DNA of 64,000 bases from assembly GCA_965226495.1 (NCBI GenBank), contig OZ245365.1, positions 4,032,001 through 4,096,000 on the forward strand, in the 5' to 3' direction. Positions 18,937-30,110 of this stretch are shown one piece after another. The notes under the pieces are model-generated. The model did not search any database. It was not told the DNA's origin and saw only the letters and a program-made list of their open reading frames with translations. The stretch's first letter is position 1. The number at the start of each line of letters is the position of its first letter. This DNA comes from Candidatus Marinacidobacterales bacterium (GTDB lineage Bacteria > Acidobacteriota > Vicinamibacteria > Marinacidobacterales > DATDRI01). The position numbers and the translations under genes were made by a program.

Positions 18937-20448
18937 ATGACACCGCGAAAACCGGCGTCGGCCTCGGGGTCGGGGCCAGCCGTTTCCCCAGCCATCGAAG
19001 AATCGCTGGATCCCCAAGATTGGTCCACACTGCGATCCCTGGGCCATCAAATGGTCGACGACATGCTCTCTTACTTGGAGACGGTGCGAGCGCGACCGGC
19101 ATGGCAATCGATGCCGGCGGAGGTCCGGGCGAGGTTCGAGACCCCTTTGCCGCGCGGGCCGGAAGAGCCGACCCAGGTGTACAAAGACTTCCAAGAGAAC
19201 GTACTCCCCTACCCCGTCGGCAACATCCATCCCCGATTCTGGGGCTGGGTCAACGGCACGGGGACTCCGTTGGGAATGCTCGCCGAGCTTCTCGCAGGAG
19301 GTATGAACGCCAATTGTGGGAGCTTCGATCAGGCCCCCACCCTCGTAGAGAGGCAAGTCATCGACTGGTCCAAGGAAATGCTCGGCTACCCTCGAGACGC
19401 GAGCGGATTGCTGGTCAGCGGAGCCTCGATGGCCAACTTCGTGGGGCTCGCGGTAGCCCGCAACACCAAGGCCGAAATCGACGTTCGCCGTAACGGGCTA
19501 CAGAACATTCCACGCAAGTTGACACTTTACTCTTCCGTGGAAACCCATTCGTCCGTGATCAAAGCGGTCGAGCTCCTCGGGCTTGGCAGCAATGCTCTCC
19601 GAAGGGTGCCGGCTCGAGATGATTTCACCGTCGACGTCGGAGCGCTTGCCGCCGCGATCGCGAAGGATCGCCAAGCGGGGCTGTTACCGATTTGCGTGAT
19701 CGGAAACGCCGGTACCATCAATACCGGCGCAATGGACGATCTCGAAACGTTGGCGAACCTTTGCGAGAAAGAAGACCTTTGGCTACATGTGGACGGTGCC
19801 TTCGGTGCCATGGCCGCTTTGTCACCGAACCTACGTGATCTCGTCAAGGGTATGGAGCGTGCCGACTCGCTGGCGTTCGACTTCCACAAATGGATGTTTG
19901 TGCCTTATGAAGTCGGCTGCGCATTAGTGAGGAGAGAGCCGGAGCACCGCGGAACCTTTTCTCTGATCCCGGACTACCTGGCCCCGGCTCAACGCGGAAC
20001 TTCGGCGGGCCCCACGCCGTTCAACGAATACGGTGTCGAGCTCTCGAGGGGCTTCAAGGCTCTGAAGGTATGGATGTCCTTGAAAGAACATGGAGTGGAC
20101 AAGTATGCGAGGCTCATCGAGCAGAACGTGGCGCAGGCGGGTTACCTCGCCAAGCGTGTCGAGGCCAGCTCGGATTTGGAGCTAATGGCCCCGGTGCCAC
20201 TCAATGTCGTCTGCTTCCGGTTCGTCCTACCGGGGATGGACGACCAGGCTCTGAACGCGTTGAATCAAGAGCTGTTGATTCGTTTGCAAGAGAGTGGCGT
20301 TGCGGTTCCCAACTCCACCAAGATTCATGGGAAGTACTGCCTGCGCGTTGCCATCACCAATCACCGGACACGCCGAGAGGACCTCGACATGACGGTGGGT
20401 AAGGTCATCGCTTTAGGCCGGGGCCTGTTGCAAGATAGGGAACCATGA
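18937..20448 (+). CDS. Group II PLP-dependent (aromatic-L-amino-acid-type) decarboxylase
   Basis: HPRFWGW, SGASMAN, AGTINTGAMDDL, WLHVDGAFG, DFHKW, ELSRGFKALKVW. Confidence 0.93.
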   Translation: MTPRKPASASGSGPAVSPAIEESLDPQDWSTLRSLGHQMVDDMLSYLETVRARPAWQSMPAEVRARFETPLPRGPEEPTQVYKDFQENVLPYPVGNIHPRFWGWVNGTGTPLGMLAELLAGGMNANCGSFDQAPTLVERQVIDWSKEMLGYPRDASGLLVSGASMANFVGLAVARNTKAEIDVRRNGLQNIPRKLTLYSSVETHSSVIKAVELLGLGSNALRRVPARDDFTVDVGALAAAIAKDRQAGLLPICVIGNAGTINTGAMDDLETLANLCEKEDLWLHVDGAFGAMAALSPNLRDLVKGMERADSLAFDFHKWMFVPYEVGCALVRREPEHRGTFSLIPDYLAPAQRGTSAGPTPFNEYGVELSRGFKALKVWMSLKEHGVDKYARLIEQNVAQAGYLAKRVEASSDLELMAPVPLNVVCFRFVLPGMDDQALNALNQELLIRLQESGVAVPNSTKIHGKYCLRVAITNHRTRREDLDMTVGKVIALGRGLLQDREP

Positions 20449-21362
20449 TAAGACTTACCGGTCTTGCCGGGATCGCCATCATCTCGTTCTCGGCGATCTT
20501 TGTGCGCCTGGCCGAGGTCTCACCAACGACGGCTGCATTCTTCCGAGCCGCATACGCGATCCCTGCGTTGTTCTTGGTCTGGAGAGTGATCCACCACCGC
20601 GATCGGCGGGATTCGCGATCGCGGTGGCTGGCCTTCGTCAGCGGGACCTTCCTCGCGATTGACCTGAGCTTCTGGCACCAAGCCATCGCCTGGATCGGTG
20701 CCGGGCTTGGGACGGTATTGGGCAACACACAGGTGGTCTTCGTCGGGGTCGCGGCCTGGGTCCTTCACAAAGAACGTCCGAACCAGTTCGCGCTGATGAC
20801 GATTCCGTTCGTTTTCCTGGGAGTCGTCCTGATCTCGGGCTTAGGTGATCCCGGAGCGTACGGAACCAATCCCGTGGGTGGAGTGATCTACGGGATACTG
20901 ACCGGCCTTTTCTTTGGCGGGTTCATTTTGGTGTTCCGAGCGTCGAACAAAGGCTTGGCACCGGTTGCCGGTCCTCTTCTCGACGCGACGTGTGGCATGG
21001 CCGTCGGCACATTGGGGGCAAGCCTGTTCGACTCCGGTTTTTCCATCGTGCCCTCGTGGCCCGCCCACGGTTGGTTGCTCGCGATGGCGCTGGGCTCCCA
21101 AGTGATCGGTTGGCTCTTCATCTCCTATGCCTTGCCGCGTCTGCCAGCCCTCGAGACGTCGGTTCAACTCCTCGTGCAGCCGATGTTGACGATTCTCTGG
21201 GGAAGACTCATTTTCGATGAGTATCTCTCCACGCTGCAATGGATGGGAGCGTTACTGGTTCTCGGAGGAGTAGGGTTCTTGTCCATTCGGGGCACGGTCG
21301 AGAAGCAAGTTTCTGGACCCGTAGTGCCTCCGACGACTGTGGATGTCATCACCATCGAGTAA
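20445..21362 (+). CDS. EamA/DMT family transporter
   Basis: About 10 hydrophobic segments; ISFSAIFVRLA; ATGA overlap. Confidence 0.9.
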   Translation: MIRLTGLAGIAIISFSAIFVRLAEVSPTTAAFFRAAYAIPALFLVWRVIHHRDRRDSRSRWLAFVSGTFLAIDLSFWHQAIAWIGAGLGTVLGNTQVVFVGVAAWVLHKERPNQFALMTIPFVFLGVVLISGLGDPGAYGTNPVGGVIYGILTGLFFGGFILVFRASNKGLAPVAGPLLDATCGMAVGTLGASLFDSGFSIVPSWPAHGWLLAMALGSQVIGWLFISYALPRLPALETSVQLLVQPMLTILWGRLIFDEYLSTLQWMGALLVLGGVGFLSIRGTVEKQVSGPVVPPTTVDVITIE

Positions 21363-21435
21363 GGCTGTCTGACTCGGGCTGGTTGTGGCAACTCGCTCAA
21401 CTGACGGCCAGCAGAAAGACAGAAAGCGAGGTCCC

Positions 21436-22020
21436 ATGCATTGCCAGGAACTAGATACGCCGACGCTCCACCGGAAGGCCGACTTCCCCGATGCTTACAC
21501 GGGAATATCGACCCGGGACCTGTTGACAGTGTACAAGGCAGGTCCCACGAGACTCGGCGGAATTCTAGCCGGGTTGACAGACGATGAGCTCAAGCAAAAA
21601 CCGCAGGAACATAAATGGTCCATCCAGGAAATCGCGTTGCACCTTGCGGACGCGGAGATCATGGGTGCGGTCCGTTTGAGGCAGACCCTCGCCGAGCCCG
21701 GGGCTTCGTTTGCTCTTTATGACCAGGACGCGTGGACGGGCGAGCTCGGCTACCAGAGCCGCGACCGCAAAGCGCTAGAAAACGCGGTCCGGCTGTTCTC
21801 TGCCCTTCGCACCGCGAGTGCTCTTCTCTTGGAAACCGCTTGCGACCGGGACTGGACCAAGTGGGGCAACCATGCAGACTGGGGACCGCTCACTGTCCGG
21901 CAGCTCCTCGAGCTCTACGCCGACCACGGTGAGCGGCACGTCGAACAGATTGTTGACGCGCGGGCGTCGCTCGGGAAGCCGTTGGTGACTCCACGACTGT
22001 TGCCGCAGCGACTATACTAG
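21436..22020 (+). CDS. DinB family protein
   Basis: KWSIQEIALHLAD, YDQDAW, YADHGERHVEQI. Confidence 0.88.
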   Translation: MHCQELDTPTLHRKADFPDAYTGISTRDLLTVYKAGPTRLGGILAGLTDDELKQKPQEHKWSIQEIALHLADAEIMGAVRLRQTLAEPGASFALYDQDAWTGELGYQSRDRKALENAVRLFSALRTASALLLETACDRDWTKWGNHADWGPLTVRQLLELYADHGERHVEQIVDARASLGKPLVTPRLLPQRLY

Positions 22021-22025
22021 CGCCC

Positions 22026-22562
22026 ATGACAGACGCCGACTTCGGTGCCGCTTACCTGGCCAACGTCTCGACCGGCTTCGCGAAGATCAAACAGCTCGGC
22101 GAGAGGGCCATCGCCCAGTTGTCGGACGAAGCGCACTTCTACGCGCTCCTAGACGAGGAATCGAACAGCATCGCGGTTCTCATCCGACACCTCCGCGGCA
22201 ACATGCTTTCTCGTTGGACGGATTTTCTAACCACCGACGGTGAGAAAGAGACCCGCAATCGGGACACCGAGTTCGTTCAAGACGTCGAAGCAACGCCCGA
22301 CGAGTTGGTCGCGGTTTGGAACGAAGGATGGGATCGCCTCTTCGGAACGATCTCTTCCCTCACTCCGGCAGATCTCCAGAAGTCCGTTACGATTCGTGGC
22401 GTCGAGCACACCGTGATGGAAGCGATCCAAAGTCAGCTAGCACACTATGCGTCGCACGTGGGCCAAATCGTCTTTCTAGCAAAGCACCTCGGATCGAAGG
22501 AGTGGGAATCCCTCTCCATCCCGAGGGGACAGTCCCAGAAGTTTTTCCGCCCGAAGAACTAG
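22026..22562 (+). CDS. DUF1572 (DinB-like) protein
   Basis: SNSIAVLIRHLRGNMLSRWTDFLTTDGEK, HYASHVGQI, SLSIPRGQS. Confidence 0.9.
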   Translation: MTDADFGAAYLANVSTGFAKIKQLGERAIAQLSDEAHFYALLDEESNSIAVLIRHLRGNMLSRWTDFLTTDGEKETRNRDTEFVQDVEATPDELVAVWNEGWDRLFGTISSLTPADLQKSVTIRGVEHTVMEAIQSQLAHYASHVGQIVFLAKHLGSKEWESLSIPRGQSQKFFRPKN

Positions 22563-23218
22563 GCTGCCTGCGCGGCCTGTTTCGTTCCTTTCCCCGCCAG
22601 CGCGACCGCAACGCCGCCAAAGAGATTCCCGACCAGCACAGTGAACGCGATCCAAAACGTCATCTGCGGAAGGACCCCCACCATAATCCATTCGACAAAC
22701 GGTGCCATCGCGGGTGCACCCGGTGCCTGCGCGTCGTAGTGTGTTCCCCAACGGCCAAGAATGGCAAAGAGCATCAAGATTACAACCGGGATGCGCGCCG
22801 CAAAGGCGTAGCCCACCAGCGTCTTGAACAACTCCGGCCAGCCCTTACTCAAAACGAATAGTGCCAGCACGGAACCGATAGCGCCACCGACAAGCGGTAG
22901 TACGGGCGAGCTGCCAATCGCGCTGGCTCCGGCGAACCCTATTGCGATAACGACCATCGCCAACAGAGAAAACCCTGCCACCTTCCAGCCATTTGCTGGC
23001 CCGCGCCCGGCTTTGGCAAGCTTCAAAGCGAAATACACGCCGAAAATAATGGGAAGCCAGGAGATACCTACGATCGCCCCACCACCTCCCGCTTCGCGGC
23101 TGAACAAGACCGGCGCCCAGTTGTTGAGCTCACCCACCAGTCGAAGGATTGTAACCCCCAGCGTGATGACTGCGGGAATGAAAATAAGTTGTCGAATATT
23201 AAGGTCTGACGACGCCAT
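22559..23218 (-). CDS. Membrane hypothetical protein
   Basis: About 6 TM segments; WGTHYD motif; GGAGG RBS. Confidence 0.7.
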   Translation of the reverse strand: MASSDLNIRQLIFIPAVITLGVTILRLVGELNNWAPVLFSREAGGGGAIVGISWLPIIFGVYFALKLAKAGRGPANGWKVAGFSLLAMVVIAIGFAGASAIGSSPVLPLVGGAIGSVLALFVLSKGWPELFKTLVGYAFAARIPVVILMLFAILGRWGTHYDAQAPGAPAMAPFVEWIMVGVLPQMTFWIAFTVLVGNLFGGVAVALAGKGTKQAAQAA

Positions 23219-23248
23219 TGGAACCTCCCTTTAGAAAGACGCGGTAGT

Positions 23249-25141
23249 TTAAGCCCAGGATTGCCTCGCCACAACCGACGTGAACAACGCCACGCCGGCC
23301 AAATCCGTGGGCCATCCTGGGAACATCAGGAGCAACGCTCCCGCCAGCAGCGCGCCGCGAGCGACCGCGCCGGTCGGCCGGAACAAATAGCCTTCCATGC
23401 CGGCGGCCAGCGAGATCACTCCGACAATTGCAGTCGCCAAAGCGAGGAGCAGCCCGGGCACCGTGAAGTCGTGCAAGAGCAGTACCGGCGAGAATATGAA
23501 GATATACGGAACGACAAAGCCCGCGGTCGCCAGTTTCACCGATTGGATCCCGGTTGCCAGGGGCTTGGCTCCCGCAATGCCGGCCGCGGCATAGACCGCC
23601 AGCATCACCGGCGGCGTGAGATCGGCCAGCGTCCCGAAGTACATGACGAAAAGGTGGGCCGCCAAAGGCTGTACACCGAGCTCGAGGAGAACCGGCGCCG
23701 CCATCGTGACACAGATGATGTAGGTCGGGATGGTAGGGAGCCCGAAGCCGAGCACGATGGAAGCCAGCATCGTGAGCACCGCGGCGGCTAGAACCGAACC
23801 GCCCGAAAGCGCTAGGATGGCTCCGGAAAGCTTGAGTCCGAGCCCTGTCTGCGTCACCACACCCACGATGATCCCGACTACCGCACAAGCAGTGGCAACG
23901 GGCACGGTGTTCCGCACCCCCCTCTCGAGGCCACTCGCGAGATCCGAAACGGCCACTCCGCGGCGATGGAAGGCCTCGTCTACACCTTGCCTCATGTCCA
24001 GCGAGGCCCGAGCCGCGCTCACCGCAATCGCGAACAGAATCGAGTAAACCGCGGCATACGTCGGCGTGTAGCCGGCAAACAGGAAGTAGATCAGGACCGC
24101 CACCGGCAGCAACAAGTAACCGCGACGAAAAAGAAGTGGAAAAAGCCGCGGGAGCTCTTCCTTGGAGAGACCACGATGTCCCTCGCGGGAGGCGCGAAAG
24201 TGAATCATCGCCCCAGCTGCAAAGAAGTATAGAAATGCAGGAATGATGGCTGCCGTCGCGACGCGCATGTATGGAACCGCCAGCATGTCCGCCATGATGA
24301 AGGCCGCTACTCCCATGATGGGCGGCATCAACTGCCCTCCCATCGACGCCGTCGATTCCACCGCCGCAGCGTATGCGGCGGAGAACCCGCTACGCTTCAT
24401 CAAAGGAATCGTGAAACTTCCGACCGTCACCACATTAGCGATGGCGCTTCCGTTTATCGTGCCGAGTAAGGCGCTCGAAACGACCGATACCTTCGCCACA
24501 CCCCCACGAGTCCTCCCTGCCAACGCTAATGCGGTCTCGTTGAAGAAGTCCATGAGACCGGTCTTTTCGAGGAAGGCGCCGAAGAGAATGAAGAGAACGA
24601 TGTAGGTGGAGGAGACACCTAGCGCGACGCCGAAGATACCCTCGGTTGTGAGGCTGGTGTACTCCAAGATTTCGGAGAGCGAGTAACCACGATGGCCGAA
24701 GCGACCGGGGATGTAGTTACCCAGATACGTATACATTAGAAATCCCACCGAAAGAATCGAAAGTGTGGGACCTAAGACTCGACGGCTCGCTTCCAGCACC
24801 AACAACAAGACGCCTGCCGCCGCGACGAGATCCCACCCGCTGGGCAGGCCTGGCCTCAAAGCGATGGATTTGTAGGCGACAAAAAAGTACGCGCCTAACA
24901 CCAAGGAGAGAGCAGCGAGCCCATCGGAAACGTAGCGCGTTTTTCCCTCGGATTTCGACGAGATGAGGAAGGCCAGGGCCAACATGCCGGCGAGATGCAC
25001 CGAACGATGCTGATACGCGACCAGCTCGCCGAAACGAGCGGAGTAGAGATGAAAGAGACCAAGTGCGATCGCTAGCGCCGAAACCATGAGTGGCCGCACG
25101 CGGTCACGGGCGGGGCTTTGTCGTTTCGCCCCCGGCTGCAT
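23249..25141 (-). CDS. TAXI-type TRAP transporter fused permease
   Basis: EGIFG, FILFGAFLE, GSAIANVVTVGSFTIPLMK, GGQLMPPIMG, TPPV; start 25141 or 25087. Confidence 0.93.
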   Translation of the reverse strand: MQPGAKRQSPARDRVRPLMVSALAIALGLFHLYSARFGELVAYQHRSVHLAGMLALAFLISSKSEGKTRYVSDGLAALSLVLGAYFFVAYKSIALRPGLPSGWDLVAAAGVLLLVLEASRRVLGPTLSILSVGFLMYTYLGNYIPGRFGHRGYSLSEILEYTSLTTEGIFGVALGVSSTYIVLFILFGAFLEKTGLMDFFNETALALAGRTRGGVAKVSVVSSALLGTINGSAIANVVTVGSFTIPLMKRSGFSAAYAAAVESTASMGGQLMPPIMGVAAFIMADMLAVPYMRVATAAIIPAFLYFFAAGAMIHFRASREGHRGLSKEELPRLFPLLFRRGYLLLPVAVLIYFLFAGYTPTYAAVYSILFAIAVSAARASLDMRQGVDEAFHRRGVAVSDLASGLERGVRNTVPVATACAVVGIIVGVVTQTGLGLKLSGAILALSGGSVLAAAVLTMLASIVLGFGLPTIPTYIICVTMAAPVLLELGVQPLAAHLFVMYFGTLADLTPPVMLAVYAAAGIAGAKPLATGIQSVKLATAGFVVPYIFIFSPVLLLHDFTVPGLLLALATAIVGVISLAAGMEGYLFRPTGAVARGALLAGALLLMFPGWPTDLAGVALFTSVVARQSWA

Positions 25142-26102
25142 TTGTCTCTTGCTCCTGGAAAAAGCGTTCCGCACCTGGATGGAGCGGGATTGTAACATCC
25201 CGCCAGCGCTCGAGAGACAATCGCGTGGCCGCTTGGTGGGTTGTCTCGAGCTCGCCGCGCTTCTCGAAGAGAAGTCTCGTCAGTTCGTAGACCAGCTCTT
25301 CCTCCAAGCCCTCTCGGCAAATCAGAAGGTTGGTAACACCCATCGTGGGTAGATCGGCCGGGATCGACTTGTACGTTCCCCCGGGCAGTACGGTCGGAAA
25401 GTAGTTGGGATCAAGAGTCTGAATCGCCTTGGCTCGATCCGCCTCGATGGGAATGAGCTTGACTCCGACCGAGGCATCCAGGTCCATGATCGCGCTAACC
25501 GGATAGCTGGCATTGATGAATCCGGCATCGATGGTTTGGTTCTTTAGCTGTTGAACGATCTCCGAGAACGAAAGGTAGTCGGCCTTGATATCGGAATATT
25601 CGAGTCCGTGCCCCTCGAGCACCCGCCGAGCGTTGAACTCGGTTCCACTACCCGGAGCACCCACTCCGACTCGCTTGCCGCGTAGGTCGAACACGGTATC
25701 AATGGCAGAGTTCCGATACGTTACCAACTGCACCACGTTGTCGTAGAAGGGCACCATCGCCCGGATGCGTCGATAGGGCTCGGGGTCGACATCCGTCCCC
25801 CGGTTGTAAGCCTGGTAGGCCACGTCGGCCATTGTGAAACCGATGTCGGCTTGACCGCGTTGCACGGCACCACAGTTGAAGAGCGATCCCGCGGTGGATT
25901 GTGCGGAGGTATTGATTCCCGGAAGGTTTTCCGTATAGATGCGGGCCATCGTCCCACCTAGGGGAAAATAGATCCCCCCGGTTCCACCCGTGGCTATGGT
26001 GAGATGTCGCCTCGGCCCGTCACCAGTGCATGCGACAGTCTGGGCCGACAATAAGGCGCAAAGAACGATGGCTCTGTTCACACGGCCGCTATCGTTCCCC
26101 AT
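25104..26102 (-). CDS. TAXI family TRAP solute-binding protein
   Basis: [41 protein letters not shown]. Confidence 0.94.
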   Translation of the reverse strand: MGNDSGRVNRAIVLCALLSAQTVACTGDGPRRHLTIATGGTGGIYFPLGGTMARIYTENLPGINTSAQSTAGSLFNCGAVQRGQADIGFTMADVAYQAYNRGTDVDPEPYRRIRAMVPFYDNVVQLVTYRNSAIDTVFDLRGKRVGVGAPGSGTEFNARRVLEGHGLEYSDIKADYLSFSEIVQQLKNQTIDAGFINASYPVSAIMDLDASVGVKLIPIEADRAKAIQTLDPNYFPTVLPGGTYKSIPADLPTMGVTNLLICREGLEEELVYELTRLLFEKRGELETTHQAATRLSLERWRDVTIPLHPGAERFFQEQETNAAGGETTKPRP

Positions 26103-26174
26103 GCCGCAACGTGTGTCAACGCAGGGACACCTGGATTGTCATATGCTGCAATCAGCAAGACGGAGGGTTCGACA

Positions 26175-26870
26175 ATGATCACAGTGCGACCCGCTGGCCA
26201 ACGCGGGCACGCCAACTACGGCTGGCTCGATACCCATCACACGTTCTCGTTTAGCACGTACTACGACCCAGAGAACATGGGCTTCCGCTCTCTACGAGTC
26301 ATCAACGAGGACAAGGTCTCCCCCGGTCAAGGCTTCGGGACACACGGCCACCAAGACATGGAGATCATCTCTTACGTCCTCGAAGGTGCGCTCGAGCACA
26401 AGGACAGTATGGGAACCGGCTCCGTGTTGCGAGCCGGTGATGTGCAAAGGATGACCGCGGGTACCGGAATCACTCACAGTGAGTTCAACCACTCTCCAAC
26501 CGATCCGCTGCATTTCCTACAGATCTGGATCCTTCCCGAGAGGCCGGGTCTCGAGCCCGGCTACGAAGAAAAAACGATTTCCACGGGTGAGAAGCAAGGC
26601 CAGCTCCGTCTCCTCGCATCTCCAGATGGACGCGAAGACTCTTTGCGCATTCACCAGGATGTGCGTGTGTACGCTTCGATTCTGAGTGACGGGGACTCAC
26701 TCGAACACTCACTCGAGACCGGCCGCCACGCCTGGTTACAGGTGGCGAGGGGATGGCTGAAGCTCAACGGGAAGACGCTCGGCCAGGGCGATGGCGCGGC
26801 CATCAACGAAGAGACGGCGCTTCAGCTGGAAGGCGGCGGAGCAGAAGTTCTACTCTTCGATCTTTCGTAG
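26175..26870 (+). CDS. Pirin family protein (YhhW-like)
   Basis: [38 protein letters not shown]. Confidence 0.94.
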   Translation: MITVRPAGQRGHANYGWLDTHHTFSFSTYYDPENMGFRSLRVINEDKVSPGQGFGTHGHQDMEIISYVLEGALEHKDSMGTGSVLRAGDVQRMTAGTGITHSEFNHSPTDPLHFLQIWILPERPGLEPGYEEKTISTGEKQGQLRLLASPDGREDSLRIHQDVRVYASILSDGDSLEHSLETGRHAWLQVARGWLKLNGKTLGQGDGAAINEETALQLEGGGAEVLLFDLS

Positions 26871-27100
26871 CCCACGAGAGACTGAAAAAAATCAAAGAAA
26901 TACTTGACAAGTTCTGGGAGGCAATTTCGACAATCAATGGGTGAGTAGCACAAACACCCTCTTGCAGCACACACACGCCCTCCAACGACTTCCATTCAAG
27001 AGTTTTGCTTCTTCTCCGTTTCAATCCTTTGCTCCCGTCTGGCGGTGACTGACGCGCCAGAAAAACCTGTTGCTATATTGTGAGAAGAGGGGGCACCGTT

Positions 27101-28168
27101 ATGATCGAAAAAGTCAAGACGTACTTCGAAACGCTTGAAAGTCTCTCCACGGAGGAGCTCGACCATTCTGTCGAAAAGCTGGTACGGGCCGAGAAACGAA
27201 ACGTGGCGCTCGTCATCGCTCACATCGCTGAGATGTCGAGAAGAAAGGGCTATCTCGAGCGAGGCTACAAAAATCTCTTTGCGTACTGCACCGAGCGCTT
27301 GAACCTAAGCGAGGGTTCAGTCGCCCGGCGGATTCAGGTGGCCAATGTGTCGAAGCGTTTTCCGCAACTCCTCGTTGCGTTGGCGGAGAATCGGGTAAGC
27401 CTAACCGTCTCCGGTTTGCTCGCCCCGCATCTTCGGGAGGAAAACGTCGAGAGACTTCTAAGCGACTGCGCCGGGATGACCAAGCGCGAGGTCGAGGAAT
27501 ATCTCGTCGCGCTACAGCCGAAACCTGTCTTTGCGCCTTCGATTCGAAAGACCCCTTCTCGGTCAGCTCTGACCCCACCTCCGAGTGTGCAACCTCGGGT
27601 GGTGTCCGAGACGCCGCGCCCCGCTCCTCGAGTGTCGCCGAGTATTCTCGAGCCGGCGAGGCCGGAGGTATTCAATTTCCGCTTTGCCGCCGACCGGCAG
27701 TTCAAGGAGAAGTTCGAGCGCCTGGCGGAAGTCCTCGGGGTTGAGAACCCTCTACTACACATGACCGAAGTCATGGAGCAAGCCTTGGATATCGCCCTCG
27801 ACAAGAAAGACCTGAAGAGAAAGCGCGCACGGCGGCTGGAACGCCAATCGACGACCGGCGACAAACCTCGCCCGGGCGAGGTTTCCGCGAAGTCCCGCTA
27901 CATCCCCTCCGAGGTTCGCGAAGGGGTGCACGAGCGGGCTGGATACCAGTGTGAATACCGGGGCCCGGATGGGACTCGGTGTCGCGCGCGAGCGGGACTC
28001 CAGATCGAGCACCTGCGGCCCTTTGCCTTGAAGGGCAGCCACGACGAGAGGAATCTACGCCTTCACTGCGGACCCCACAATCGCCTAACGGCAGAGCGAA
28101 TGTTCGGCGTGGCCTTCATCCGAAAGAAGATCGAGACCTCTCGCCGAAAGCCTTCGCCGAAACGCTAG
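27101..28168 (+). CDS. HNH endonuclease with DUF222-like N-terminal region
   Basis: AHIAEMSRRKGYLERGYKNLFAYCTERLNLSE; C-terminal SRYIP...QCEY..C...IEHLRPFALKGSHDERNLRLHCGPHN. Confidence 0.85.
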   Translation: MIEKVKTYFETLESLSTEELDHSVEKLVRAEKRNVALVIAHIAEMSRRKGYLERGYKNLFAYCTERLNLSEGSVARRIQVANVSKRFPQLLVALAENRVSLTVSGLLAPHLREENVERLLSDCAGMTKREVEEYLVALQPKPVFAPSIRKTPSRSALTPPPSVQPRVVSETPRPAPRVSPSILEPARPEVFNFRFAADRQFKEKFERLAEVLGVENPLLHMTEVMEQALDIALDKKDLKRKRARRLERQSTTGDKPRPGEVSAKSRYIPSEVREGVHERAGYQCEYRGPDGTRCRARAGLQIEHLRPFALKGSHDERNLRLHCGPHNRLTAERMFGVAFIRKKIETSRRKPSPKR

Positions 28169-28240
28169 ACGGCCAGGAGCGAAACGCGTATGCTGCCAAC
28201 TAGTTGACTCACCCGGCGGCCGACACCCCTGGCTCTGGAC

Positions 28241-30110
28241 ATGATCGGAACGACAGTTTCGCACTTCAAGATCCTCGAAAAGATCGGCGAGGGAGGCATG
28301 GGAGAAGTCTACCTTGCTGAAGACACGAAGCTGAGACGCAAGGTCGCCCTAAAATTTCTCTCCAGAGATCTCACGCGCGATGAAGAACGAAACCAGCGAT
28401 TCGTTCAAGAAGCGCGAACCGCGGCCGCCATCGAACATCCTCATGTGGCGGCTGTCTATGACATCGATGAGAACGAGGAACGTACCTTCATCGCCATGGA
28501 GTACGTGCGAGGGCAGAGTCTCCGCCAAGCCATCGACAAAAAGGAACTCGATTTGCGGAAGTCCCTCGAGCTCGCGACACAGATTGCAGAGGCACTTTCG
28601 CTTGCGCATGAGCGGGGTGTGATCCACCGTGATCTCAAGCCCCAAAACGTACTCATCTCCGAACAAGGATACGCCAAGGTCATCGATTTTGGACTCGCCA
28701 AGCTTCTCGAGCCTCCAGTCGAGGCGAGCGAGGGCGACACTGAGACGATGTTCAAGACCCGAGAAGGTCGTGTCGTAGGCACCATCGCTTACATGTCACC
28801 CGAGCAAGCACGCGGGCAGGCCGTCGACGCCTCGAGCGACGTCTTCTCATTCGGAGTCGTCCTCCACGAGATGCTCTCGGGCGAGCACCCCTTCAGAAGG
28901 GAAGGCTCCCTCGAGACCTTGCACGCCATCGTCCACGACTCGGCGGATCCGCTAAAGCTACCTTCGGGAGACACCCCCGGCGAGCTTCTGCGCATCGTCA
29001 AGAAAGCGACGGCTAAGGATCGGGGCGAGCGTTATCAGACCATGAAGGATCTGGCTCTGGACCTACGGGAGCTGCGGCGAGAGATAGAGAGCGGCGAGCG
29101 TCCGATCACGAAGGGCCGGAAGGGCTCGCACGTGGGTCGGTGGGGCTGGGTAGCCGCTATCGCTATTGGCATTGCCACAGCAGTCTACGTCACCGGCAAC
29201 AAATCGGATCGTCCACTGCCAGGCATCGGCACCTCGGGAAGACCCGCCATCGCCGTGATGTACTTCGAGAACAACACCGGGGAGGAGGAGATTCGCTGGC
29301 TTTCGAAAGGCCTTCCTAGCATGCTCATTACGGATCTAGCCCAAACACCCGGCTTGGATGTCGTGAGCAGCCAGCGTATCCAAGAGGTCCTAGAAGACAT
29401 CGGAGAGGGAGAGCTCGAAACCATCAAGAGGAGCCTAGTTCCTGAAATCGCGCGGCGCGCGGGAGCCGGGGCCGTGGTCGTTGGCAGCATTTTCAAGTCC
29501 GGCCAAGAAATCCGGATCGATGTTCAGATCGAAGACGTAGAGAGTGGTCGGGTTCTTTCCGCAGAGAGCGTCAGGGGTGATGACGTTTTTCCACTGATCG
29601 ATGATCTCACTGGCCGCATCCGGGCCAGCCTCGAGCTGAGCGATTCTCCGAGCAGTCGTCCGATCTCTGAAGTCACAACGCAATCGCTCGAAGCTTATCG
29701 ATTCTACACTCGAGGTCTAGAGGCCAAGGCGAACATTCGGCACGACCCGGCAAGACGCGATTTGCAAGAAGCGGTACGGCTCGATCCCTCGTTTGCTATG
29801 GCGTACTTCCATCTTTGGGACCTTGCCGAGTTCGAGGGGGACGCTGCGGCCGCCGAGCGAAATCGCAAAAAGACACTGGAACACATCGATCGGCTCCCGG
29901 AGAGACACAAACTAGTCGTCGAGGCGTCTTTGGAAGTAGAAACCAATCCCTCGAAAGCTGCGGAGCTACTCGAGTCTCTTCTCGCCCGTCACCCCGACGA
30001 GAGTGACGCTTGGACTCGTCTGGCATGGATTTACTATCCCCGACTCGATGACACGGCAAGGGCCGTGGAGACACTCGGACGCGGAGTGAAAGCGATACCC
30101 GACGACGTTC
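28241..30110 (+). pseudogene. Ser/Thr protein kinase with TM, TolB_N-like and TPR domains; 5' part, interrupted by IS3
   Basis: IGEGGMGEVY, VALK, HRDLKPQN, DFGLAK, YMSPEQ; frame ends at the IS left end. Confidence 0.92.

Noticed and set aside
26904-26934. TTGACA...GACAAT as a sigma70 promoter
   Set aside because: The 19-bp spacer is too long to call confidently.
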